A stretch of DNA of 64,000 nt from Candidatus Latescibacterota bacterium (GTDB lineage Bacteria > Latescibacterota > UBA2968). The position numbers and the translations under genes were made by a program. The notes beneath the pieces are model-generated. The model did no database searches. It was given only the letters and a program-made list of their open reading frames with translations, and was not told where the DNA came from. The stretch covers positions 1,088,001 through 1,152,000 of the forward strand of contig OZ242320.1 in the NCBI GenBank assembly GCA_965208125.1, given 5' to 3'. Below, piece after piece: positions 9,698-19,415 of this stretch (positions are counted from its first letter, which is position 1; every line of letters begins with the position of its first letter).

Positions 9698-10702
9698 ATG
9701 AAACGGATGTTGTTGAACCTCGGTCGATGTTGTACACCGCTTCTCGCAATTGCGTTTTTGGCGGTCTGGCAACCTGCAATCGGTCAGTCCTTATTTCCCG
9801 ATGCAGAGGATGATTTTCTGACCCTGGACGGTCGGAACAAGATCAAGCCATCGACATTCCAATTCTTAAAAGTCTCTACCAATGCCCGCGTGTCGGGCAT
9901 GGGAGATGCATTTACAGCCGTGGCCGACGGCATGGACGGCATTGTCTGGAATCCGGCCGGGACCACGAAAATCAAAAAATTCGGTTATGCATTTGGTTAT
10001 GCCAAATGGCTGGTTGAGTCCGCGTTTTACTCGGGTGCTGTTGTGTACAATACCGGCAGGTGGGGCGTGGTGGGGGTCTCTCTCGTGAACTTCCAACCGC
10101 CTACATTTATGGAAACCACCACGCTACAACCCGATGGCACGGGGCGAAACGTAACCGTAGGCGATATGGCCCTTGGTGCGACGTATGCCTACCAGTTGAC
10201 GGATAAGCTATCAGCCGGCGGCACCATTCGGTATATCCAGTCCAAACTGGCGGACGTTACGCTCAAGGCGGTTTCCATCAATGTGAACTCGCTGATGTAC
10301 ACCGGATTTCGGAGCTTGCGCCTGGGAATGAATCTGAAAAACCTGGGCGGCGAGCAGGAAATTGTGAGTGAGAAATCGGAGATGCCCCTTACCTTCCATT
10401 TGGGCGTAGCGATGGAGTTATACGGGAATCTGGGCGACCCATCTTCATTGACCGTGGCATTTGAAGGGGCGTATTTTACCGACCGGTTGCAGCGCTGGAA
10501 CCTCGGTGGCGAATTTTGGCTCGCCAACATAGTCGCGTTGCGGGCGGGATATAAATTCAAATACGACAACGAATCCTGGAGCGTTGGCGCTGGCCTGAAA
10601 GGGAATTTTTCAGGGCGCAACATCGGCCTGGATATTTCCTACAGCGACTTCGGCGACTTGTTCGACCCGCCTTTGCGCATCAGCCTTTCGGGTTCGTTTT
10701 AG
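9698..10702 (+). CDS. PorV/PorQ-family (UPF0164-like) outer-membrane barrel
   Basis: FQFLKVSTNARVSGMGDAFTAVAD..WNPAG signature; ALRAGYKF; ends ISLSGSF. Confidence 0.85.
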   Translation: MKRMLLNLGRCCTPLLAIAFLAVWQPAIGQSLFPDAEDDFLTLDGRNKIKPSTFQFLKVSTNARVSGMGDAFTAVADGMDGIVWNPAGTTKIKKFGYAFGYAKWLVESAFYSGAVVYNTGRWGVVGVSLVNFQPPTFMETTTLQPDGTGRNVTVGDMALGATYAYQLTDKLSAGGTIRYIQSKLADVTLKAVSINVNSLMYTGFRSLRLGMNLKNLGGEQEIVSEKSEMPLTFHLGVAMELYGNLGDPSSLTVAFEGAYFTDRLQRWNLGGEFWLANIVALRAGYKFKYDNESWSVGAGLKGNFSGRNIGLDISYSDFGDLFDPPLRISLSGSF

Positions 10703-10743
10703 GAGGGCTTGAGCCGGTACGAACGCCAGCTTGCTGAATATAC

Positions 10744-10795
10744 GACTCCGCTCGAAACGGATGCCCGTCCGGCTTCGGGTGGAGTCTCATTTTTT
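10744..10795 (+). terminator. Intrinsic terminator or attenuator between the PorV-like gene and the first permease
   Basis: GACTCCGCTCGAA...TTCGGGTGGAGTC stem (G-U pairs) followed by TCATTTTTT. Confidence 0.6.
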
Positions 10796-10809
10796 GTCGT
10801 GGATTGGAA

Positions 10810-12792
10810 ATGATGGATTCAAAAGCGAAAACCACAACACCCGCGCCAGCAGAACGCGGCCTTACATTCCGCTCGGTGGGGTTGGGACTCGGAATCGTGG
10901 TTTTCATCAATTTGTGGGTCACGTATGCAGAAACGGTCGTGCATTCCTCCCGCCTGAATCTGAGCTATTTCCAACTCACGCTCATGGCCGTATTTCTCAT
11001 TCTGGTAGCCGTCGCCAACCCATTGCTCAAAATGTGCAACTCCCGGGTTGCATTTTCACCCTCCGAGTTGCTGGCGATCGTCGCCATTGGCATGGTCGGT
11101 TGCGTAGTACCCGCCTCTGGCATCACAGGCTTTTTAATCGGGGTGATCGCAACTCCGATCTACTTTTCCACCCCGGAAAATCGATGGGCAGAATTTTATC
11201 ATCCCCATCTAAATTCATGGGTGGTACCAACAGAGCCTGAAGCACTCCGGGCATTCTTTGAAGGACTGCCCCTGGGTGCATCAATTCCCTGGGGAGTTTG
11301 GGTCGCACCACTGGCGTGGTGGGCAACTTTTATTCTCGCGGTCTTCGCCCTGTCGGCCAGCACGATGGTGATTCTCCGCAAACAGTGGTCGGACAATGAG
11401 AAACTGGTCTATCCCCTTGTCGCGGTTCCGCTCGAAATGGCGCAAGATGCCGGGGCGAGAAAATTGATCCCCGAGTTCATGCGGGGGAAATTGTTCTGGA
11501 TTCCCGCAGTCATTGCTTTTGCATTGTTCTTTTGGAATACGATATCGTGGTCTTTTCCCCTTGTTCCGGCACTGAACATTTTTCCCAATGCGGGTGATTT
11601 TAGATTCACGCGGTACTCACCCGTAGTCGTCCTGGAGCCTCTCAATCTGTTCACCATCGGATTTGCGTATTTCGCCAACACGCAAGTATTGTTTTCAGTC
11701 TGGTTCTTTTTTTTATTACACGTCGTAGAAGGCGGCATTTTCAACCGCCTGGGATATCAGATCGAGAGATCAACCGATTCTTTCAGCGCAGACCCACCCA
11801 CAGAGGCGTGGCAGTGTTTCGGGGCGCTGGCGGCCATGGTAATATGGCGGCTGTGGGTAGCACGTCACCATTTGCGGGATGTATTTGCGAGAGCTTTTTC
11901 TTCCCAATATCGCGTGAATGACAGCGGCGAGGTCCTCTCCTACCGAACTTCCGTTTTCGCGCTTCTGTGCAGTCTGGCCTACGTAATTTTTTGGCTTCAT
12001 CAAGTTGGGATGGACCTCGCAACAGCAACAATCTATCTCGCAGCCGCCGGTGTCATTTATATCGGCCTGGCAAGGGTGGTTTGTGAAGCGGGAATCGTCT
12101 ATTCCGGGGCAACCATCACGCCACAAGCATTTGTTATGGATATGCGGGGTACCTATGCCATTTCAAATGCGAGCCTGACCGCAATCGCACTGTCCTATTC
12201 GCTGGTTGATTACATGCGCGGCCTGTTTGCGCCGGGCGTTGCCCATTCCGTGAAATTGGGCGATCTGATCCGCGGCAACCGGCGCGCGCTGCTCTTCTGG
12301 GTTGGCATTGGCGTGTTGCTCGGCCTGGCCGCATCGGTGCTTTACACGCTTTATCTGGGCTATTCGCACGGGGCATACAATTTCCCCAGATTCCCATTTT
12401 TTAGCGGCGATCCAAAGCGGGTATTTGCCTCTACCCTATCCCAAATGAGAACCCCCAAAGCGCCAGATCCGGCGAGAATGGTTTTCTTTGGCATTGGCGC
12501 TGTGTTGATGGCATTGTTGACATTCCTCAGATATCGCTTTCGCTGGTGGCAGATACATCCCATAGGATTGGCCCTCTCGTCGGCGGATAACACGGCCCAC
12601 TACGTGATGCCAATTTTTATCGCCTGGGGGTGCAAAACCATCATCATGACCGTCGGCGGTGTTCAGCTTTACCGCAAAGCAACACCCGTCTTTCTCGGGT
12701 TGCTTGTCGGCTATACAGCAGGGGTTGTATGGTCTTTTATCGTCGATGCAACGCTGTGGTCGGGACAGGGACACGAAGTTCACAACTGGTGA
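10810..12792 (+). CDS. DUF6785/DUF6784-type polytopic membrane protein (putative OPT-like transporter), copy 1
   Basis: Many hydrophobic segments; LRKQWSDNEKLVYPL, RYRFRWWQIHPIG, GGVQLYRKATPVFLGL motifs. Confidence 0.72.
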   Translation: MMDSKAKTTTPAPAERGLTFRSVGLGLGIVVFINLWVTYAETVVHSSRLNLSYFQLTLMAVFLILVAVANPLLKMCNSRVAFSPSELLAIVAIGMVGCVVPASGITGFLIGVIATPIYFSTPENRWAEFYHPHLNSWVVPTEPEALRAFFEGLPLGASIPWGVWVAPLAWWATFILAVFALSASTMVILRKQWSDNEKLVYPLVAVPLEMAQDAGARKLIPEFMRGKLFWIPAVIAFALFFWNTISWSFPLVPALNIFPNAGDFRFTRYSPVVVLEPLNLFTIGFAYFANTQVLFSVWFFFLLHVVEGGIFNRLGYQIERSTDSFSADPPTEAWQCFGALAAMVIWRLWVARHHLRDVFARAFSSQYRVNDSGEVLSYRTSVFALLCSLAYVIFWLHQVGMDLATATIYLAAAGVIYIGLARVVCEAGIVYSGATITPQAFVMDMRGTYAISNASLTAIALSYSLVDYMRGLFAPGVAHSVKLGDLIRGNRRALLFWVGIGVLLGLAASVLYTLYLGYSHGAYNFPRFPFFSGDPKRVFASTLSQMRTPKAPDPARMVFFGIGAVLMALLTFLRYRFRWWQIHPIGLALSSADNTAHYVMPIFIAWGCKTIIMTVGGVQLYRKATPVFLGLLVGYTAGVVWSFIVDATLWSGQGHEVHNW

Positions 12793-12830
12793 AAAAAGCG
12801 CTCACTTTCAAACTACGGCAGGTGATCACT

Positions 12831-15278
12831 ATGAGACTCCAAAACCTGTGTCTCTTTGCAATCATTGGTATTGTGTTCATTGCTTCCCCATCTGAAGGGA
12901 CTGATCCACCCGTGTCGCTTACAGACGCTGAACGAGATTCGCTTGTGGCCCTTGGTGAGGAGAAAATTTTGAATCGAGAACTCGATCTCGCCATCGAGAT
13001 CTTCACGAGACTCACGCAGGCCTATCCCAACGACGCCTATTTGAGAACTCGATTGGGCTATGCACATCTATCCAATGCCAATTACGAAGCCGCCGAGGCC
13101 GCCTACGAGAAGGCCAAAGAACTCAATCCGGATCTTCCCGAAGCCTACGTCGGTGTTGGATTGACCTATGCCGAACGCCCCGCCAGGGGAATGGGCGCGC
13201 TGCAAAACTTCCGCAAAGCACTGGGCGAGGGCAAGCGGGCCACCAAGATTGATTCCACCTATGCGCCGGCATATCGACTTTTGGGTGAACTCTACGAGCG
13301 ATTCAGGGACGATCACGAAAAGGCAATCAAGTACTACCTGAAATACGTTGAAAAGGAACCCGACAATCCAGATGGACTTTATTACTTCGGGCTTGCGTGC
13401 ATCCAGGCCAAACGATTTGACCTCATTGAACAGTATCTCGCACCCTATCTGGCGCAACATCCAGAGGAAACGAGATTGATTTCACAAGTGGCTCAGGGGT
13501 TCTTTTATCTGGAGAAATACGAACGTGCTCTGGCCCTGTTCGAGCAATACCTTCTCAAACTGGACGAAACGGAAAGGGCGCATTACACGGATATCTCCCT
13601 CGTGGCTTCAGAAAAGGAACAGCATGCTTTTGCTTCGCTCGAAAATGAAGCGGATCGGCTTGCCTATCTGCAACAGTTCTGGATGCGTAGAGACCCCGAT
13701 ATTCTAACCGCGATCAACGAGCGCATTATCGAGCATTATCGCCGCGTCTGGTTCGCCCGAACCTTCTTCTCTACAAAAGTGTATCCCTGGGACCGGCGGG
13801 GCGAAGTGTATATTCGCTTTGGCGAGCCGGATTATCGCTCCCGTTCCGACAACCGCGAATTTATCATAAGCCCGGAAGTAGAGGCCGTGCGAACGCAAAT
13901 GGCAGTCGATCTGTACGGGCCACAGGCTGCGTATTTGACATTCATCGGTCCCGTCTTTCCCATTCGCACCCGGCGCGACCCGTTCAGCACAACCGACAAT
14001 CCGCCCGAAGTGAACCGCGGAGATATCGCCAGGCTGGGAACCAGCGATGCAAATGAGGAAGATATCACACTGGATACGCTGGATCCCATAGACGCCACGC
14101 CCGGCGCAACTCCCCGGCAGGATCAGAGCATTACAGATCGCTCTGGAAATCCGATATCCAGAATGGCGTTCGACAGCTACGCGCCCGTCACTGTGGATGG
14201 TCCACAGGAATCCGTACCCTGGGAAACCTGGACCTATACAAAACTCCAGAATGGCGTGGAGTTTACGTTTACAGATGAGGTGGGACGAGGCGACTTTGAT
14301 TTTGCACCCTTGCCGCCGAGGGCCGCTGGCGATGACAAACTCAAGAAAGCCGTGCAACTCATTCGCTACACACCCGGCGTGATCTACCAGAAGGTAGTTG
14401 CAAAAACACCCGATTTTTATCGCCCGGACATCCGCGCAGACGCGCTGGGCTTTTACTACGATCTCGCGGACTTTCGCGGCGAGAACGGCCAGACCCAGCT
14501 CGAAGTCTATTACGGCGTACCTCCCGCAGAAGTGGAAATTTCCCAAACACAGAAAGATCACCTGATCCATGTACAGGGAACACTGGCTCTCGCAGACGAG
14601 GGACATACCCACATTTATCGCACAGAGGATGTGTTCACCTATCAAAAAAGCGACGGATTTGATGAGCGAAAAGGGGCATTTGTGCCGGATCTGCTCAAAC
14701 TGGAAGTTCCCCCCGGCAAATACCAGCTTCAAGTGCAGTTGAAAGATGTGATCTCTGGGCGAGTAGGGGTTTACAAACAAAATGTGGATATTCACGACTA
14801 CAGTTCCGATCAGCTTAAAATAAGCGGCATCCAGCTCGCCCTGGCCATAGAACAAGAGGGCAAAAACGCCCGTCTTCGGAAAGACGAAGTATGGGTGATC
14901 CCCCATCCATCCAGAACTTATGGAAGCGGCGCACAGGTATTCGCCTATTTCGAAATCTACAATTTGAAACGCGACAAATTCGGCCAAACGCGCTACAACG
15001 TACAATACCAGATCAAGTTCAGTTCCCAATTCTCCTCGGGAGTCGCCAGCGCGATCTCATCGGGACTGCGCGCACTATTGCAAAGAAAAAGGCCGGAAGT
15101 ATCTGTCGCTTACGAGCAAATCGGCTCCAATCCCGTACAAAAAGAATACGTAGAGTTGGATTTGCAAAAAGCCAAACCGGGGGTAAATATTTTGCAAGTA
15201 ACCATCACAGACGAAGTCAGCAAACAGGAGGACACCCGCGAGGTGATGTTCGTCTATGGCGCAACACCTGAAGAATGA
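12831..15278 (+). CDS. TPR-repeat plus GWxTD-domain protein, exported
   Basis: ATG 12831 after AGGTGA; signal peptide; N-terminal TPRs; QFWMRRDP..NERIIEHYRRVWFA..WDRRGEVYIRFGEPD (GWxTD domain with variant motif). Confidence 0.8.
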   Translation: MRLQNLCLFAIIGIVFIASPSEGTDPPVSLTDAERDSLVALGEEKILNRELDLAIEIFTRLTQAYPNDAYLRTRLGYAHLSNANYEAAEAAYEKAKELNPDLPEAYVGVGLTYAERPARGMGALQNFRKALGEGKRATKIDSTYAPAYRLLGELYERFRDDHEKAIKYYLKYVEKEPDNPDGLYYFGLACIQAKRFDLIEQYLAPYLAQHPEETRLISQVAQGFFYLEKYERALALFEQYLLKLDETERAHYTDISLVASEKEQHAFASLENEADRLAYLQQFWMRRDPDILTAINERIIEHYRRVWFARTFFSTKVYPWDRRGEVYIRFGEPDYRSRSDNREFIISPEVEAVRTQMAVDLYGPQAAYLTFIGPVFPIRTRRDPFSTTDNPPEVNRGDIARLGTSDANEEDITLDTLDPIDATPGATPRQDQSITDRSGNPISRMAFDSYAPVTVDGPQESVPWETWTYTKLQNGVEFTFTDEVGRGDFDFAPLPPRAAGDDKLKKAVQLIRYTPGVIYQKVVAKTPDFYRPDIRADALGFYYDLADFRGENGQTQLEVYYGVPPAEVEISQTQKDHLIHVQGTLALADEGHTHIYRTEDVFTYQKSDGFDERKGAFVPDLLKLEVPPGKYQLQVQLKDVISGRVGVYKQNVDIHDYSSDQLKISGIQLALAIEQEGKNARLRKDEVWVIPHPSRTYGSGAQVFAYFEIYNLKRDKFGQTRYNVQYQIKFSSQFSSGVASAISSGLRALLQRKRPEVSVAYEQIGSNPVQKEYVELDLQKAKPGVNILQVTITDEVSKQEDTREVMFVYGATPEE

Positions 15279-15319
15279 GATCCCGGGGTTCCGGTTAGTA
15301 ATTCCGAGAGGCAAAACGC

Positions 15320-17305
15320 GTGGCAATACAAACAGATTTTGTAACTGAAACCGATCCCCAACAAGAAAAGGGCCTGACGGTTCGCTCGGTGGGGATTGCC
15401 CTGGGCGCAGTGGTATTCATCAACCTGTGGGTAACCTATGCCGAAACCGTGGTGCATGCATCCAGACTGAACCTGAGCTTTTTTCAGCTCACATTGATGG
15501 CCGTATTTGTCTTGCTGGTCGCAGCCGTCAACCCGATCTTGAAAATCCTGGGATCGCACCGCGCGTTTTCTCCCTCAGAACTGCTGGCAATAGCGGCAAT
15601 CGGCATGGTGGGGTGCGTGGTACCCGCTTCGGGCGTAACCGGATTCCTCATCGGCGTCATTTCCACACCGATTTACTTTGCCACACCCGAAAACCGATGG
15701 GGCGAATTTTATCATCCCAACCTCGATTCCTGGGTCGTACCCACAGACCCCGAAGCCCTGCGCATGTTCTACGAAGGCTTGCCACCCGGCGCGTCCATGC
15801 CCTGGGAAGTATGGCTAATGCCTCTGCTGTGGTGGGCGAGCTTTATCGTCGCAGTATTCGCGCTCTCAGCCAGCATGATGGTCATCTTGCGCAAGCAATG
15901 GGCAGAGCACGAAAAACTGGTCTATCCCCTTGTGGCCGTGCCCCTGGAAATGGCTCAAGATTCGCGGTCAAAAAAACGGTTACCGGGATTCATGCGAGGC
16001 AAACTATTCTGGATCATGGCCGCAATACCATTTTTGTTATTCTTGTGGAATTCCCTATCCTGGTTTTATCCACTCATGCCCGGAATCGGGATCTTTCCCC
16101 ACGCCGGAAAGTTTAATTTTACGCGGTATTCTCCCCACGTCTATCTGGAACCCCTGAACCTGTTCACCATCGGCTTTGCGTACTTTGCCAACACACAGGT
16201 ATTGTTTTCCGTCTGGTTTTTCTTCTTATTACACGTAGTAGAAGGCGGCATTTTCAACCGCCTGGGCTACCAGATAGCCAAATCAACCGACTCGTTCAGC
16301 GCCGATCCCCCTACCGAAGCCTATCAGTGCTTTGGCGCGCTGGCATGCCTGGTCGTATGGCGATTGTGGGTCGCGCGGTGGCATTTGCGAGACGTCTTCC
16401 TCAAAGCATTTAGAAAGGCGTATCCCGCCGACGATTCCCAGGAAGTACTGGCCTACCGAACAGTGGTCTTTGTATTTTTAGTGAGCCTGTCTTTTGTACT
16501 CTTTTGGCTCTGTCGCATCGGCATGGATATAACAACCGCACTCGTCTTTCTCTGTGCGCTATCCATAATTTACATCGGTCTGGCGCGGGTCGTATCAGAA
16601 GCCGGGATGGTGTATTCGGGCGCAACGGTAACACCGCAGGCATTTGTCATGGACATGCGTGGCACACAAGTCATGTCTGCGGGCAGTTTGACGGGTATTG
16701 CCCTATCGTATTCCATTGTCGATTACATGCGGGGACTATTCACGCCCGGCGTGGCACAGTCCATCAAAATGGGCGAACTCATTCAGGGCAATCGCCGCGC
16801 ATTGTTATTCTGGGCTGGCATAAGCGTCTTGCTGGGACTGGGCGCATCCGTATTTTATACCCTGCACCTGGGCTATTCTCACGGGGCATACAACTTCCCG
16901 CGCTTCCCCTTTTTCAGCGGCGATCCAAAAGGCATCTACGGATCGACGCTAACCATGATGCACACGCCCAAAGCACCCGACGGCGAGCGCATGGTCTTCT
17001 TTGCAATCGGAGCGGGCCTGATGGCATTGTTGACCTTTCTGCGCTACCGATTCCCGGGCTGGCCCCTGCATCCCATCGGCCTGACCCTGTCCGCCGCCGA
17101 CAATACCGCCCACCTCGTCATGCCCGTCTTTATCGCCTGGGCGTGTAAATCTATAATCATGGCCGTCGGCGGTGTAAACCTCTACCGCCGCTCCAAACCA
17201 GCGTTTCTCGGCCTGTTGGTGGGCTATACAGCCGGAGTAGTACTATCTTTCCTCATTGACGCGCTGTGGTGGCCGGGGGAAGGGCATCTCGTACATTATT
17301 GGTAG
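15320..17305 (+). CDS. DUF6785/DUF6784-type membrane protein, copy 2
   Basis: Colinear, highly similar paralogue of 10810-12792 with long identical peptides, e.g. FTIGFAYFANTQVLFSVWFFFLLHVVEGGIFNRLGYQI. Confidence 0.72.
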   Translation: MAIQTDFVTETDPQQEKGLTVRSVGIALGAVVFINLWVTYAETVVHASRLNLSFFQLTLMAVFVLLVAAVNPILKILGSHRAFSPSELLAIAAIGMVGCVVPASGVTGFLIGVISTPIYFATPENRWGEFYHPNLDSWVVPTDPEALRMFYEGLPPGASMPWEVWLMPLLWWASFIVAVFALSASMMVILRKQWAEHEKLVYPLVAVPLEMAQDSRSKKRLPGFMRGKLFWIMAAIPFLLFLWNSLSWFYPLMPGIGIFPHAGKFNFTRYSPHVYLEPLNLFTIGFAYFANTQVLFSVWFFFLLHVVEGGIFNRLGYQIAKSTDSFSADPPTEAYQCFGALACLVVWRLWVARWHLRDVFLKAFRKAYPADDSQEVLAYRTVVFVFLVSLSFVLFWLCRIGMDITTALVFLCALSIIYIGLARVVSEAGMVYSGATVTPQAFVMDMRGTQVMSAGSLTGIALSYSIVDYMRGLFTPGVAQSIKMGELIQGNRRALLFWAGISVLLGLGASVFYTLHLGYSHGAYNFPRFPFFSGDPKGIYGSTLTMMHTPKAPDGERMVFFAIGAGLMALLTFLRYRFPGWPLHPIGLTLSAADNTAHLVMPVFIAWACKSIIMAVGGVNLYRRSKPAFLGLLVGYTAGVVLSFLIDALWWPGEGHLVHYW

Positions 17306-17390
17306 AAGTGTGAAGTTTGAAAAAAGAAGGCAGCGATGAAGGCGGGAGGGTCTTTAGCTCACGAGTGGAGCGAGTAGGAATAGAGATAAC

Positions 17391-17825
17391 TCAGTGCGAT
17401 TCTGAGTCCGGGTCTTCGGATTCTGTATCGGGTGCGGGGAGTATAGATTCTGCCCATTGGACAACAGCCTGAGCGAGTCTTACAGCTTCTTGATATTCTT
17501 CTTCATTGACCTCTTCTACTTCATCTGGATATCGCCCGGAAACCGCATAATCTGTAAGGGTTGTAGCAGCATCTACATCTGTGGGTAAAACAATCTCTTT
17601 GGGAAGCAGGTCGAGGAGAGTTCTGATATTGTGTGTTTTAGGGTAAGAGATGTTGTTGATAATCAAGACAGCTTTCACTGCTTTCTCAACTGCCTGTTGG
17701 GCATGAAAACACAACTGCTCGTAAAAACTATCTTCCGGCAAAGGAACTTGCGCCAGTGCAAGGTCTCCTCTGGCATATCGGAGCCCTGCTGCCGGATCGC
17801 TTGAATCAGAATTTTCATGCAACAT
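17391..17825 (-). CDS. HEPN-domain protein of an MNT-HEPN module
   Basis: CFHAQQAVEKAVKA, PKTHNI and YAVSGRYP motifs; overlaps the MNT gene. Confidence 0.85.
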   Translation of the reverse strand: MLHENSDSSDPAAGLRYARGDLALAQVPLPEDSFYEQLCFHAQQAVEKAVKAVLIINNISYPKTHNIRTLLDLLPKEIVLPTDVDAATTLTDYAVSGRYPDEVEEVNEEEYQEAVRLAQAVVQWAESILPAPDTESEDPDSESH

Positions 17826-18132
17826 AAACGTCCTTTCCCTCGCGTAAGATCGTTTGATAAATCAATCCGATATTGTTTTTATGCTTTTCCAAAATTTCAG
17901 GTGTCGTCACCAGAATATCAAAAGGAACGCCAAGTCCGCGAATTTCTCGATAGAGATGCTGCGCTGTTCTTCGTCTGTGAACGCCATTGGGCATAACAAC
18001 GAGCACATCCACATCGCTGTCCGGTCCCATCTCGCCTCGCGCAGCCGAGCCAAAAAGGATAATCTTGAGCGGATTGACAATTTCGACAATTCGCTCTACG
18101 AGTTGATCAATGATGTTCGCGTCGGGTTGCAT
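17815..18132 (-). CDS. Minimal nucleotidyltransferase (MNT)
   Basis: ILFGSAARGEMGPDSDVDVLVV (GSx10DxD); 105 aa. Confidence 0.88.
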   Translation of the reverse strand: MQPDANIIDQLVERIVEIVNPLKIILFGSAARGEMGPDSDVDVLVVMPNGVHRRRTAQHLYREIRGLGVPFDILVTTPEILEKHKNNIGLIYQTILREGKDVYVA

Positions 18133-18173
18133 GTGTCACGCTCCAAAAAGCAGAACTCATCTCTGGAGAAACA

Positions 18174-18330
18174 TAGCTTGATAGGCATTAAAATTGACAT
18201 ACTCCCAAAGCCGAAGCATTGGGATTCTCGGTGCTTTAGCCAGAGATTGTGCGATCATCAGCCGTTACTGGCTATGCAAGCCCAGTCTTACGCGGCCTCC
18301 TGCATAGGTGGATGTCCCCACCTGTGAATG
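18174..18330 (-). ncRNA. Predicted TnpB reRNA/omegaRNA; scaffold ends at 18194, guide approx. TTTTAATGCCTATCAAGCTA
   Basis: In IS605 elements the reRNA is known to overlap the tnpB 3' end and right end and to read into the flank. The 5' boundary given here is approximate. Confidence 0.6.
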
Positions 18331-19415
18331 TTTATTGCAGCGTTGAGGTCTCTATCTATCTCAAGACCACATTCGCCACAACGGAATGTTCTCTCTCGCA
18401 ATTCGAGATCGTCTTTCACGGTATCACAACCCGAGCAGGTCTTAGACGTTTTTTCCCACATATCAAGTTTTTTGAAACCTGTACCCGTCTTTTTGGCAAC
18501 ATACTCAACGATAGTGAGAAAATCAGAGAAACCGAGGTCGCTAATCTTTCTGCCCCACAACTTCTGCATTGCCCTGATATTTAACGTCTCAAAACACAAG
18601 AAATCATACTCCCCGCATAGTTGATACGCAAGACGCCAGTGATAGTCCCGCCGTTGGTTCGCAACACGCCTATGCACTCTGGCAAGATTTACTCTTGCGC
18701 TCTGGCGATTGTTGCTCCCCTTATCCTTGCGAGAAAGATTGCGATTGGCCTTCTTGACCTTTCTGATGTTACGAGAAAAAAACAAAGGCGATTGTATTCT
18801 TGTGCCGTCCGAAGCAGTGAGGTATGTTTTCAAGCCGAAATCAAAGCCTGCGGTTTTACCCGTCTTGACAAAATCCTGCTTGAACCTATCTGCTCTTGCA
18901 ACAACACACAACCACAAATCGCCTACGCGATCACGTTTAATTGTGACCGTCTTAACACTTTCTACATCAAAGTCCATACTCTTGTGATACCGATATACAC
19001 GCTTAGTTTTGCCTGATATGCCGAAGCTAATCTGTATCTTGTTACGCTCCAAAAACTTATACCCCGCAGTTTTTAGTGTATAGGACTTATACCTGAACTG
19101 GCTACGAAACTTCGGCGGTCGCTTGTTCTCCCGCTTGAAAAACTTGTCATATCCGAAATCAATCCTTTCTATCACGTTTTGCAACGCCTGATTCGGTAGC
19201 AAGTACCAGTGGGCAAAGCGTTTTGTCCGTTTCAGTTTCGTTAGGTGCTTCATCAGGGCAAACTTGTTCGGATACTTGCCAAATCTGCGGTAGTATCGCT
19301 TGTGCAGGGCAATGAAATGGTTATACACGCCAGCAAAAGCGTCTATATCCCTATGTAGATACTTGTTGCGATCACAACGCGAATACAACTTAAATTTGTG
19401 CGTGATATAGTCCAT
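18288..19415 (-). CDS. tnpB: RNA-guided endonuclease TnpB
   Basis: RuvC-I GFDFGLK, RuvC-II CFETLN, zinc finger CSGC/CGEC and RuvC-III DRDLNAAINI are all intact. Confidence 0.95.
   Translation of the reverse strand: MDYITHKFKLYSRCDRNKYLHRDIDAFAGVYNHFIALHKRYYRRFGKYPNKFALMKHLTKLKRTKRFAHWYLLPNQALQNVIERIDFGYDKFFKRENKRPPKFRSQFRYKSYTLKTAGYKFLERNKIQISFGISGKTKRVYRYHKSMDFDVESVKTVTIKRDRVGDLWLCVVARADRFKQDFVKTGKTAGFDFGLKTYLTASDGTRIQSPLFFSRNIRKVKKANRNLSRKDKGSNNRQSARVNLARVHRRVANQRRDYHWRLAYQLCGEYDFLCFETLNIRAMQKLWGRKISDLGFSDFLTIVEYVAKKTGTGFKKLDMWEKTSKTCSGCDTVKDDLELRERTFRCGECGLEIDRDLNAAINIHRWGHPPMQEAA

Noticed and set aside
12630-12830. Extended N-termini in the ORF track (12630, 19973, 30780, 36232, 48593, 55694)
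   Set aside because: Most overlap neighbouring features; downstream ATGs fit an RBS, a signal peptide or the family N-terminus better.
13704-15029. 441-aa minus-strand ORF
   Set aside because: Antisense shadow of the GWxTD gene.
18174-18193. TnpB as a nuclease-dead, domesticated repressor of another gene
   Set aside because: The RuvC triad and tnpA are intact, and I saw no second match to the guide in the window.
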